From contig JALAIB010000079.1 in assembly GCA_023645945.1 (NCBI GenBank), positions 1-35,046 of the forward strand: 35,046 nt of DNA. The letters are read 5' to 3'. Position 1 is the stretch's first letter. Every line of letters starts with the position of its first letter. Under the pieces are notes generated by a model. It ran no database searches, was not told where the DNA came from, and saw nothing but the letters and a program-made list of their open reading frames with translations. This DNA is from Diploschistes diacapsis. Its lineage: Eukaryota. This document shows positions 9,695 through 20,707 of the stretch, piece by piece. Position numbers and translations under genes: made by a program.

Positions 9695-12193
9695 ATGTCA
9701 CAAGCAGTCGTTATCGACCTGACTTTGCTTTCGGACTCCGACGAGGAACCGCCGAGGGTCTTTGACAAGAGTGACAACGCTGCACACCCAGCTCCACGAC
9801 CAGATTACCGTCAACAGCAAAATGAGGTTCCTCCACAAAAAAGTCACTCGCGCACCTTGCTCCCTTCCGAAAAAGTGGCCACAATCCATCCTTTGAGACG
9901 AATTGAAAGAAGTGGACGCGATTCTCACGATTCCTGTCGTGTTTCTGCTCAAGCGCAATCTGCATTCGGCAATTCGTTGAATAGGGAAACAGATGATTAC
10001 CCAGGCTATCTGACTCAATGGGCGGGTGGAGTCGAAGAAGACTCAACTTTATGTAAAACAAATCAATACGGTCGCAGGCATCCCAAAAACAGAGGGCCTA
10101 ATCACCTATACAACGTGGCTGGAAACCTTGCTCTGAATCGATCAGGTGCTGGTGCCATAACTCTGCTAACTAAGGCAGGCGAACCGTTGAATGTCCCTCG
10201 ACACTCGAGTCTCATAGATAACTTGCCGTCTGATAGCGACAGCCGTACCAATTCTAACGATAAACCCCTCCCTAATGCCAGACAATCGGCTCCATTGCAG
10301 AAAACGATGGTAAAGACACCAATCGATCATAAGAACACTTCGAAACGACAGCATCCGACGTACACAATCCCGTCAATCAGTAGAGTTCCTGCTTCGTCGG
10401 TAGACAACACACTCAAAAGGCCCCGCCTCGATGACTCCACCAAGGACAATGGACGACAGCGAGGCACCGGGGCTGAGCATAACCCAGGAGCTGTTCATGC
10501 TGCTTCGCAAACGATGGCTCAGATAGGCAAATCGTACAAGAGGAGAGGTAGGCCACCTGGAAGTCGCAATAAACAGACGCTTGTTGTGGAAGAATCGCGC
10601 TCGAAAAGTTTGGGAATGGAGCAACTTGCGGTATCTGCTCCCGATAATTCTCCGAATGACATGCCGCTAGTGCACTATGCTCGCTCAACTCAAACACACA
10701 CCATGGCCTCAATCCTCCGGCATCGTGAATTGGGGGGATATCCAGCGTTAAACACAAGGAATCTACAAAAACGTTTGCGGCAGGTCATTCTTGACGGGGA
10801 ACTTTTGCCCTGGAAATCGTGGGAAGGCGCTTCTAAAGACGTGATCACGGTAGCCTGGTCCCCTGACGGTGTACAATTCGCAGCCGGCGCTTCGACAGAT
10901 CTGGATGAGCTGAATCTGCGCTACAACCGTAACAACAATCTACTATGGGGCAATGCTGAGCTGGGATGCCTAGGTGAGCTGGCGGACCATTATCTGCCCA
11001 GGTCCAGACCTGCAGTTCTGGAGAGCAATGCCGGTATCCTCAACTCGTATAATACTCTGGATCCGCGGGTATTCACTACAGTCTCCTCAATCTGTTTCGA
11101 TGGACAAGGCCAGAAAATGTATACTGGTAGCTATGATAATACGGTTAAGGTTTGGGACATATCTAAAAGTGATGAGCTTCCCAAGTGCGTCTCGAGCCTC
11201 AGGCACACAGCTCGTGTCGAGCTCCTAAGTGGGTCAGTGGGAAACTCTGGCCATGTTCTGGCAACTGCACAGTGCGACTCGAAACAAGCAATTTCCGTCT
11301 TTGGCCTGGAAAGCGCAGGTTCAGGTTCGCTTCTGCCCACAGCCGGATTCACTTCAGGACGTGCAGAGAAAATGGGATTTTTCCCAACAGCCCTACGTTG
11401 GGGCAACATCCCTTCTGGAACCGAGCACCTGTTGCTGGCTGGGTTTGGTGAAAACAAGAATGACGAGCGTGATCGCGATCGTCAGGGCGATTTGTTGTTG
11501 TGGGACGTCTCCAAGGAGGCACCATCCGTTCGACTTTCGCCGAACGCGCAATGTGTTTTTGACGTTGTGTGGCACCCTAGGCTTCCGATTATGGCTGCAG
11601 CCACCACACCAGGGTCTTATTTGAGCAGTAGAACAACCAGGTCGGTTGTTAGAACTTGGGCCCCATCTCAAGGCCCCAGCCGCATCATAGAGTTTGAATG
11701 TCCAGCGCTGGATGTAAACGAGATTTGTTTCCACCCATTTGACAGCAACTACATCGGCGTGGCCTGTACCAACGGTTGCGCTTACCTATGGGATATTCGC
11801 CGCCCTGATAACATCCTCCACACTATGCAGCATGATAATGGTATTGAAGAGATTGACCAGCTCAGAGCGAGGGAAGAGCAAGACACTGGCATGCGATTTA
11901 TCTCATGGAGCGTTGAAGGCTCTGCCCTATACACCGGCTCGTCGGATGGGACGATCAAACAATGGAGCCCCTTCTCTGCTTCAGAAGACTTGTTTGTACG
12001 AGATGTTGCATCCTTCGATTCCGGGGTCATGTGCGGATCATTCTCACCCGATTACTCAAACTTGTTGGTTGGATTGTGCAAAGGTTCTGTCCAGATGCTG
12101 TCTTCAGCGCCACCAGCCGAACCAGGAGAAGACATTGCTCAATTCTCACTGATGCCATCGCCATCAATCTTAGGACGCGCTCACAATGATTGA
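9695..12193 (+). CDS. WD40-repeat DDB1/Cul4-associated factor, similar to the Rik1-associated factor 1 (Raf1/Dos1/Clr8) / DIM-9 type
   Basis: 832-aa intronless ORF with a disordered N-terminal third. WD repeats (VAWSPDG, TGSYDNTVKVWD, LLLWD, YLWDIRR, TGSSDGTIKQW, FSPDYS) follow. RHRELG and YNRNNNLL motifs resemble fungal proteins I recall as Raf1-like. The WD40 call is secure; orthology is recalled, not tested. Confidence 0.75.
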   Translation: MSQAVVIDLTLLSDSDEEPPRVFDKSDNAAHPAPRPDYRQQQNEVPPQKSHSRTLLPSEKVATIHPLRRIERSGRDSHDSCRVSAQAQSAFGNSLNRETDDYPGYLTQWAGGVEEDSTLCKTNQYGRRHPKNRGPNHLYNVAGNLALNRSGAGAITLLTKAGEPLNVPRHSSLIDNLPSDSDSRTNSNDKPLPNARQSAPLQKTMVKTPIDHKNTSKRQHPTYTIPSISRVPASSVDNTLKRPRLDDSTKDNGRQRGTGAEHNPGAVHAASQTMAQIGKSYKRRGRPPGSRNKQTLVVEESRSKSLGMEQLAVSAPDNSPNDMPLVHYARSTQTHTMASILRHRELGGYPALNTRNLQKRLRQVILDGELLPWKSWEGASKDVITVAWSPDGVQFAAGASTDLDELNLRYNRNNNLLWGNAELGCLGELADHYLPRSRPAVLESNAGILNSYNTLDPRVFTTVSSICFDGQGQKMYTGSYDNTVKVWDISKSDELPKCVSSLRHTARVELLSGSVGNSGHVLATAQCDSKQAISVFGLESAGSGSLLPTAGFTSGRAEKMGFFPTALRWGNIPSGTEHLLLAGFGENKNDERDRDRQGDLLLWDVSKEAPSVRLSPNAQCVFDVVWHPRLPIMAAATTPGSYLSSRTTRSVVRTWAPSQGPSRIIEFECPALDVNEICFHPFDSNYIGVACTNGCAYLWDIRRPDNILHTMQHDNGIEEIDQLRAREEQDTGMRFISWSVEGSALYTGSSDGTIKQWSPFSASEDLFVRDVASFDSGVMCGSFSPDYSNLLVGLCKGSVQMLSSAPPAEPGEDIAQFSLMPSPSILGRAHND

Positions 12194-13099
12194 AATACAA
12201 GGGAACTACGAAACACACTTATATTTTGTGCAACAGGCTGAATGCTCGGGCATTTTCAGGCGTTAACCGCTTGGAATATCCTGTTGGATTGTCCTTGAGC
12301 CACACTTCAAAGGCCGGGCCCCTAATCAGCACTCGTTCCTCCTGGACTGTAAAGATGCAGGAGGTGGCTGTCCGAACCACGGGTGGGAGCCATCTGGAGC
12401 AAAAAGGCTTCATCCTACGATATAACATTGACATCACAAAGCTCACGGATCAGTGCATAAGCTAAGGTTGTGGATACTCTCTATCAATGACTAGTGGATG
12501 ATCGCTATCGACGGTAGGAGCGTTTAAAGGGCTGAGGAAGATAGAACAGTTTGAGAAGAACATGGTGGACACCAAAAGATTACGACGCCAGTTGATCGGC
12601 GAAGTACTCGCTTCACCCGACAGGTACAATTCCACGAAGCCCATAAGAATAGTGAAAGAAAGTTGATGCTTAGTTATCGATGTATTGAGCAAAGGTTGTG
12701 TCCGCAATCGAGCTGACAATGTTGGGACAAATACTCTCATCCCGGGCGCCAAAGTTAGGCCACCCATGACAAGATAAACATAGGTGACGACTGGAAGAGA
12801 TTACATCTAGAAAATACACTCCGTAATAATATCCTCAGAGAACCCCCTCGCGCAAACGTAGTTAGAATTAGGAAAGAGGAAGCTACAGGTAGGTAGCCTG
12901 GGTAATCAGGTATCTAGTACTAGTAGATCATAAGTCCCCGTCATACATACACGCATCGCAACGGCCGCAAATCCGAGGTCAAGAACCACAACTTCCCACC
13001 TCTTCGCTCTTGGCAAAACAGTCAACACAAGAACTTGAAGCACCTAAATCGATCTTAGTCTTACCAGTCTTCACTCTCGAGCGTCCAAATCTTCCAAAG

Positions 13100-14628
13100 A
13101 TGGATCCCGGTCCTGCATCTCCAAATCAAGAGGGGCCTAGCGAAGCTCCGCCATCCCTGCCAGAAGGATGGCTTGCACAGTGGTGAGAACGGGACGACGA
13201 CTTTGCAGGTCAAGTACTCATGCCTGCCAAAGGGATTCGGTCTCGCGGAAATACTACTTTGTTCAAAGAGCTACTGGGCATTCACAATGGTTACTCTCCG
13301 GATCCCTAATGTAGTGAGTTAATACTGATGCCTATTGAAGGGATATTCCAACCCAGCCGGCCTTGTCAGTACCCACGCCTGAGCCCACACCTCAAGCCCA
13401 AAGCCCGTTCCAAAAGCCCGATGCTCCTCCCTACGAAGGAGCAGATCGTAGCTTGCTTGGTGTACGTGGCACTAGGGCCAGCGCTTTGTGTTTGTCTTGC
13501 TGATGCTGGACTAGAACCTAGCAATGAATGCTTTGACAGGAGGAAAGCATAGTTCCAAATCTCAATCAGGTCTAGAGAGCCTCGCAAGCTCTTTTCTTGG
13601 CGGCCAACACCATAGTAGTAGCAATCAAGGGGGTACCGGTGGCACTGGAGGCATAGCCGGTCAACTCATTGGAAGCTTTCTCGGAGGGAGCGGAAAGCCG
13701 CAAGGGCAAACGCCACAGGATAGCGCGACTGGCTTTGCGGCAACATCAGGCCAACACAACTCCAGTGGATTCTCGGGGGCAGCAGCGTCTTTGTTTGGAG
13801 GGAATCATGGCACATCTGTAAGCAATATTGTCCTTTGCTCATTGGACCAGCTTTCTGACAGTGCGATAGAGCCAGAACAGCTATGGTTATACTTCTTCTG
13901 GCCATACTGGAAACAGTGGCTATACAGCCTCTGCACCACCCACGTCGTACAACCCCTCCAACCAGAACCACTATCAACATGGTCAAAACCAATCGGCTCA
14001 ACAGCCATTACAGTCGAGCACGTCGAGTTATTCCAGTCAGCAATATCAACAACCAACATTGGGTCAGTCGTACGGTAGTTCATCGCCGAATCAATGGGAT
14101 TCCAGCTCGTCTGCTCCATACGGCCAGCAAAGCAAACCTTATGCGCAACACAACCAGCAGATGTATGGACAACAACCTGTGGAGTACAATGTGCCCAACC
14201 AAGCCTCCCTCGCGGATCAGAACTTTAATCCATCCCCCTCTGGACTACAACCCCGCTACCAGAATTCACCTTACCAAAGCCAATATAACCAGTACCCATC
14301 AGCTCCGTCACAGTCACAGAGTCAGTACAATCAGTATCCGTCTCCACCACAGCATACTCAATCCTTCCCGGCCCCCCCTGGTCAAGGCAGCTCACAAAAT
14401 CCTTACTCTTCTTCTCCTCCGCCTCCAATGAACTCCCGCCCCAGCGCCCAGACCACAGGGGGAGGACAAGGCCCACCGTATGCAGGACATGGGTACCCGG
14501 GTCAGCAGAGCTTCGGACAAGGCTCTCAAGCACATGGCTATCCCAATTCAGCGCAGGACAGCCGATACGGTCAGGGAGGCAACCAGTACGCGGCTTACGG
14601 CGCGCCGCCACCCCCAGCGTGGCGATGA
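13100..14628 (+). CDS. WW-domain protein with a G/S/Q/N/Y/P-rich low-complexity C-terminus
   Basis: Spliced model: exons 13100-13182, 13233-13289, 13341-13461, 13515-13817 and 13870-14628 rebuild LPEGWLAQWDSVSRKYYFVQRATGHSQWDIP (a canonical WW domain) and stay in frame to ...APPPPAWR*. The WW exons are absent from the ORF track. Confidence 0.88.
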
Positions 14629-15946
14629 TGATGAAGGCCAAGGAAGCCGGTGACGGGTCCATAATGATTCCTGAGCACATTCGATGGTTATCTCTCATCT
14701 TATGCTGTAGACTAGGCCGGCACTGGAGAGCTGCTTTTATGGGAGCTAGATAGTTGAATATGCTACCAGGTTCGTTCACTGATATGGAGTGGAGACTGAC
14801 GGGCTCTTGACAGTCAACGCTCTACTACTTGCAACGCTAAGATCCCCAAGCTCCATCCACGCTCGTCATGGTCGGTTCTTGAGTAAACATGTAAGCTTAC
14901 GTAGACAAGGATGGGAATGCAATACATACGTCTTCGATTAGGTCACTTGTATTCATGGAGTTCATGGTTTCTGAGCTAAGTTTCTGAAGGTCTCTTGCTA
15001 GAGCGCCGAGTGTTGAATAGTATCGATCTTTTCATGAAATCGATAATGCTTGGGAGCACCTTATGTATATATGCGTTCGTGGATGTTATGGTTATGGTGC
15101 CTGACTCGACTCAAAAACGGTGTCTTTCGATTTTGTCCGAGTCTGCCAGTTTCGGGCCCAGATGTATCGATTAGCCAATTCTTGATAGAGAGCAGTTGCG
15201 TAGTGTGATGTCTTGGTGCCACGGCCTGACCGGTCTTGTGATGGACAAATGACCTGACAAGATGAAGGTAGATGCTGGAGGTAGTATAAATGACTGATAA
15301 TGCTTTAGCCTAGCAACTAGGTTTTGAATAGAGCTCTAGTGGTGCTTTGTCATACACGGCATGTCTTGCGTTATGAAGACTGATTACTGATCACAACGAG
15401 TCTTACAACCTCCCTGACAACTGCCTATATATCAGTTGTTCCCTCCTAAAGTTCAAGTCCGGGCATCCATGACATGTACACGTATCAATAGGTGGGAAAC
15501 GGCCCGTCAACTCAGGACGCGGTGGAGACTTGGACTTGTAGTCGCGCTATCACGTGTCGATATACTAGAGCATAGGAGCGCGCTTGCGCGCCTGCGGTGT
15601 GTAACTCAACCCTCATTATTCATGTTACTCAAATCAACAACGAATGAAAATTTAAAAAGATGCTCTGAGGAATTCAAAGCATGGTAGAAGCGGCCTTCAT
15701 AATTCCTACTCTTCAATTAGTTAGGCAGGGTCACCTTTTGAGCAATAACCTTCGTTCCTTCACTAAAGGATATCCTGGTGAAAACTCTTGCATGTTCTAA
15801 GACGGTCGAGGGAAGCCGATTCATAGGGAGCGCTAGATCACTTGACTTTCGCATCGATATTGAATGGTCAACCAGATTGGCCTACCCATGTATTCGCTTA
15901 GCAACTCTTCACTGAGGCAAGAGAAGGGAACAGACAAATTGCCAGT

Positions 15947-18900
15947 ATGGGTGACTGGTATCGAAGACGATGGGAACCAGAATCTCGTGATTCGAGTCGT
16001 CGTTTCGAATTACACACTGGCGGCGATGGAAGAAGAGACCATCAGAGAGGTCCGTTGCGACCCCGCGCGGACGACTTCTTCGAGGACAATGGCGGGGCCG
16101 AGGAGCGGCGTAATCCTCGGTACCAGTCGTCACTCCTACCCGAAAGCCAACATCAGACAACTTCACAGCAGACTCAGGACCCACGGAAACTATTAGCGCG
16201 CGGTGTAGATGGCTCAAGCGCGTTTGGGCAGGATAAAGATGCTGCACATCGTACTGGGTTAGAAAATAAAAGAGGCAATCATGCCACAGAGCAAGAGCAA
16301 GCAAGAAGAGCATATACACAGCCACCGGCGTTGGTGCCAAAACACGGCAGAAATGACAGGGAAGAATCCGCAAACCAGACTCAAGTCCTGCGCGCTGGCC
16401 CCGTTGATAGCTCGGAGAAAAGACGGGAACCAGGCATGATGGATGAATCTACTCTAAACCGAGGTCCTTGGTCTGAAGCACAGCCGAATTCGAGAGATGC
16501 GATGAAAGTTCCGCCATCGCAGACCTCGAAAACGACCGCTAGTGACACAATGGGTAGAGATGAGAAGAATCACAAATCGAAACGTAAGTATCAGTGTCTT
16601 CCCACTGTTTTGTCGGCTTGTCGAAGCTGCACTCGAATTCGCTTGGGTTGGGATACTTTCCTCAATTATTTAAGACTCTGCCCCTGCTCTTTAGAAAAGA
16701 GGATAATAATCGTCTCGGAACAGGGAATAGGATCCCACCAATTGCGCCCATGAGCCGCCAATCTCATGACGATGAAAATCGCATATCCTCGGCGACTTCG
16801 CCGTCAACGCGATCGCCCTTAGCAACAACGCTTAGAGTGTCGGGCACTCCTGGCCTTCCGGGTGATAACTCGGAAGCGCAAACATTGACAACAGCATTCA
16901 CTAATATACATACTCCAGAAATTCACCAGCCGGCGAAGGATGTTCAAGACTTCGCGGACCCTCAATATGGTCGAGCACAAAGTAATGCCTCAGGGAGCAG
17001 GCCAAACCTAGCTAATGTCAGGACCATGAAGCTGTCAAACTGCTTACCAAGCCTTGTGGATGATATCGCAAAAACAATTTCAGTGACTACGGATCTTGAC
17101 AGTAAAAGCGCGGCCTTTTTTCGAGAGAGAAATGTTTATACACAATGGCAAGAAAGAACGGGCTCCACCGATGCCTTCTCAGACTCCAACAACCAAGAGA
17201 TCGCGCGAATCAATAGAGACATAGAGAGTGTTCAGAAACAGAAATCTCAGCAACAAAACTTAAGAAGACTCGCATCCCTTGATATTGTCGCCGCCCTTGA
17301 TTCAATTCTCTTGGAGTCATCAGCGTCCAGTCAAGTTGATAATGGCGCTAAGTCAGACTCTCAAATCTCGGAATTGAAACAAGAAAATGCAAGCTTGAGG
17401 CAGGCTCTGGACAAAACCAACTCCTTACTAGAGGCGCATGCAACTAGGCTAAAATCCATTGAGACTCAGCAACGAGAGCAAAGGAACACGAATCCGGTCG
17501 CTCCAGATGCAACTGAACTTGAAAGAAGACTTGAGATGATCAGTGCGCAACTCATGGATACTAATGGCCTTGCTCACAGTCTGGTTGCAGGCAAGGCTTC
17601 GATAGATTGTGAAACCCGTTTGACTGATCTAGAGAAGCGACTGGAGGCGACACAGACAAAACACTCAAAGGACTTACAGGATCTGCATCAAAACTTTGAT
17701 AAGCAAAATAACTTACTGCCTCCCATAGCAAAGCTCGAAGGCCGCCTGTTGCAGTGTGAGAGCCAGCTGAGAGGTCTAAGTAAGGTGCAGGAATCGGCTG
17801 GAGCCCAGCTGTCTGCTAGTGAACTAGAGACCTTGTACGACCAGCTCGAACAGAAGATTGAGGAGCGAGTTGTGAAACTTCCCTTGTCCAGCGCAGAAAA
17901 AGCTGAATCTTTCAGAACTGTTGAAACGACCCTTGCTGCGTTAAAAAAATCTATGGAGGACGTTCAAGAAAAGCTCAAGGACTATACCCGTGAAAGAGAC
18001 TACACCTCTAAAAATGTAGGTGTGAAGCTAGACACACTTGAGGCGCGTATGGAAAGCGCTCAGAGCAAATGCTCCGAACTATCGCAAGCCGTCGAAGTCA
18101 TTAAGCATGAGCAATTTATGATTCAGAGTAGGGGCGATAGCCTTCATTCTCGTCTAGCGGCTGTCGAAGCCGGCGTGCAACAACAGAAGGGTTCCTTAGT
18201 TGATACGAACGAGAGGAACTCACAGGCATTCGCTCAGGCAAAGACTCGACTGGATAAATTTCAGAGCTGGGTCCAGTCTGTAACACCTATGATTGCAAAG
18301 CTTCAAGAAAGCACGCTTGAACAACACAGTATTACGGCCTCCAAAGAAAAACCGCCGAATGCCTCCTCCCAAGTTCAAAGCGCTCGAAGCGAATGGGAGG
18401 TTGACGAACGTAGACAGGCGACGCCGAATGCTGCTAATGGTTTTGGTGACACTCAAGACATTAGGCAGAAGCTATCTACTTTAGAGAATTACGTAGGTGC
18501 ACACGAGCAGAGGCTTAACACGTTTACTCTGGAGCCCTTCCTACGATCCATCGTTCACCAAATGAGAATTATGTATCCATACCCTGATCAGATTTCTCGA
18601 AGCATTGAGGCGCTCCGCACCAGCAGCAACCAGGTGGCTTCGCAACTTACTAACGTACAGGTTAGACTTGCTGTGGTCGAAAAGGAAGTAAAGGAAAAAG
18701 GCTCCGCTGGAGGAACCCTGTCGGAAATGTTGCCGCAGCTAGATCCGGTCCGGCAGGATATTGTGGCTCTCAAAGCCGGTGTTGGAGAGCTCAGTTCCAG
18801 GACGAAGGAGCAAGCTCAACAGCTGCAAAAACAGCTCGAGGGGGGAGGAACCACCCAGGCGGACTCGCGCAATGCAGAATTCCTCATGCAGGCGGTACAG

Positions 18901-19401
18901 AAGCTTAGAGAATCGACCGAACAAACGAACGGTCGCCTCGATACCATAGACGACAAAGTGGTCGAGGAAGGGAGACGACGTGAACAATTGAGGAAGGACT
19001 TCGTCCTCGTACTTGACACAACGAAGTCCGAGTACGACGAAGAAATTAACCACGTGCGAGACGCGCTTTCTCAGTTGCAAGCAGAATACGACAACACCGT
19101 CAACAGGATCAGAGAGCTCGAAGATGGGTTTGTGCAAACCTATGGTGACTTGCAAAACCAAGTTGCTACGCTTAGACTGACTCTTGGTCGGAAAGGAGCA
19201 GCGAAGGTACGAAGCTCGACGAGTCCTGTGCGCAGTAACGAATCATCGGGTACTCGAGGCAAATCACGTCCTTGGAAACAAGCCTCAAGTGACTACTCAC
19301 GCGGCATTGTGAAGCGGCTAAAAAGGAAGAGGGGTGCTTCTAGTAGTCTCAGCGACAGCAACGGGGCGGACGGCTCTACCCACAAAAAGAAGCTCTCATG
19401 A
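15947..19401 (+). CDS. Large uncharacterised coiled-coil protein with disordered termini and a basic NLS-like tail
   Basis: A 935-codon ORF (16594-19401) with long heptad-rich stretches ends in KRLKRKRG...HKKKLS. The upstream ORF from ATG 15947 is probably joined by an intron with a strong GTAAGT donor at 16584; the acceptor (16694 or 16699) is uncertain. Confidence 0.75.
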
Positions 19402-19857
19402 ATAGTGCTTTGCGAAGTTGGCATGCTAGTGAGTTTGGTGTAAAGATTTTTTGCTTTGATCATGGGAATGATACCCTGGGCAAGCATCGCTTGTTTTATT
19501 CACGAAGTCTTAGCTGCTGCACTTTATACAGGTTTATTCACAAGGAAAACGGAGCTTGCCTGTTGTGATCTTCCGTCAGAGCGATGGGATGTCACGATCG
19601 TATGGCTTTCTAAAAGTGAACTTTGATACCAATCAAACTAGATGGATGGCCGTTTCACGATAATGACATTAGATAATAGAAGTGGGAGGACAGCTGTGCC
19701 AAATATAGGTAGATTAGGCACATACATATTCATAAATACTTGATACTACTATACTATAACCTCCTAGTATACTGTACATTGCCAAACTGTACTGAGAATG
19801 GCAGAATGAAATATTCGTCGATACCATACAGAGGGAATAATGTAATGTACATACGTT

Positions 19858-19883
19858 TACTGTACTGTACTGTACTATACTGT
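19858..19883. repeat. (TACTG)n pentanucleotide repeat in an AT-rich intergenic spacer
   Basis: tactgtactgtactgtactatactgt, with further actgtac copies at about 19770 and 19785. Confidence 0.7.
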
Positions 19884-20707
19884 CAAAGGAGTCTCATCGC
19901 GTATTCGAAGACACGCTAATAATAGGCCCCGATTATTCTGACTGTTAGTTGTTATCGGAAAAAGTAATGCTGCATATCATAGTTTCTTCTTTTTAAATAA
20001 ATAAAAATTAATATGTTCTTTTATCTACATTAAATGCGTATTCGTGTTGTGATAATGGAAAGGAATTATTTCGAGCTGCTATCAAAGTGAATAAATAAAG
20101 GACCTAAAGGGCCCGTATTAAAAAATTTAAAATAAATAACAGTCTAGCCGCTGCCTAATAGCTCCGTAGGTACTGCTTGCCAACGCATATATATATTTAC
20201 CTGCCTGCAGTGAACGACCAAGACTTGCTAAAGCCACCACAATACCGCCTTCAATACGTTTACTTGCCTGTTCTCTACTACCAATCCTGTGACTTGCTAC
20301 TTCTAGGCCTTTGCTGCCTTGATCAATATGGATCAGCATCTCCATCGCGGCTTTCAGCGGCCGCGGAAGATCTCGTTCAGTGACTGCATAGGGTTCGTGC
20401 ATGAAGTACCTCAAAATGCTGCTCTCTTTTTTGATAGCCCCAAAGAAGGGGTTCATTGTAATTGATATCCTCTTGACTAGTCGGCGGTCTTGTAGTAAAT
20501 CACTGCATTCTGCCCTCTGACTGCCACTTCTTCGCGAGCCTTTAATCTATTGAGGTATTTCATCCAACGCGAGTTCTCGTATGAATAAGCTAAAGTGGAG
20601 ATCCAGGGCGCTGAAATTCAACATTTGAAGTTGATATAGATTTGGAAAATAAAAAATCAATAAAAACCAGGAAATCACAGAAAAGCGTAAAGAAAAACAA
20701 ATCCGAG

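Noticed and set aside
12190..12767. ORFs of 75-101 aa downstream of the WD40 gene
   Set aside because: No recognisable motifs, and I could not build a spliced extension of the WD40 gene.
14626..14634. Triple TGA TGA TGA after the WW gene, and a check for TGA-CTA readthrough signals at several gene ends
   Set aside because: The tandem stops look like a short GAT repeat. None of the stops checked has the TGA CTA context that yields cryptic peroxisomal isoforms.
15436..15470. GTTCAAGTCC resembling a tRNA B-box/T-loop
   Set aside because: The flanks cannot form a T-stem or cloverleaf, and no A-box is seen at the right spacing.
19740..19890. Spaced actgtac repeats as a CRISPR-like array
   Set aside because: Eukaryotic context, very short units, irregular spacing and no cas genes.
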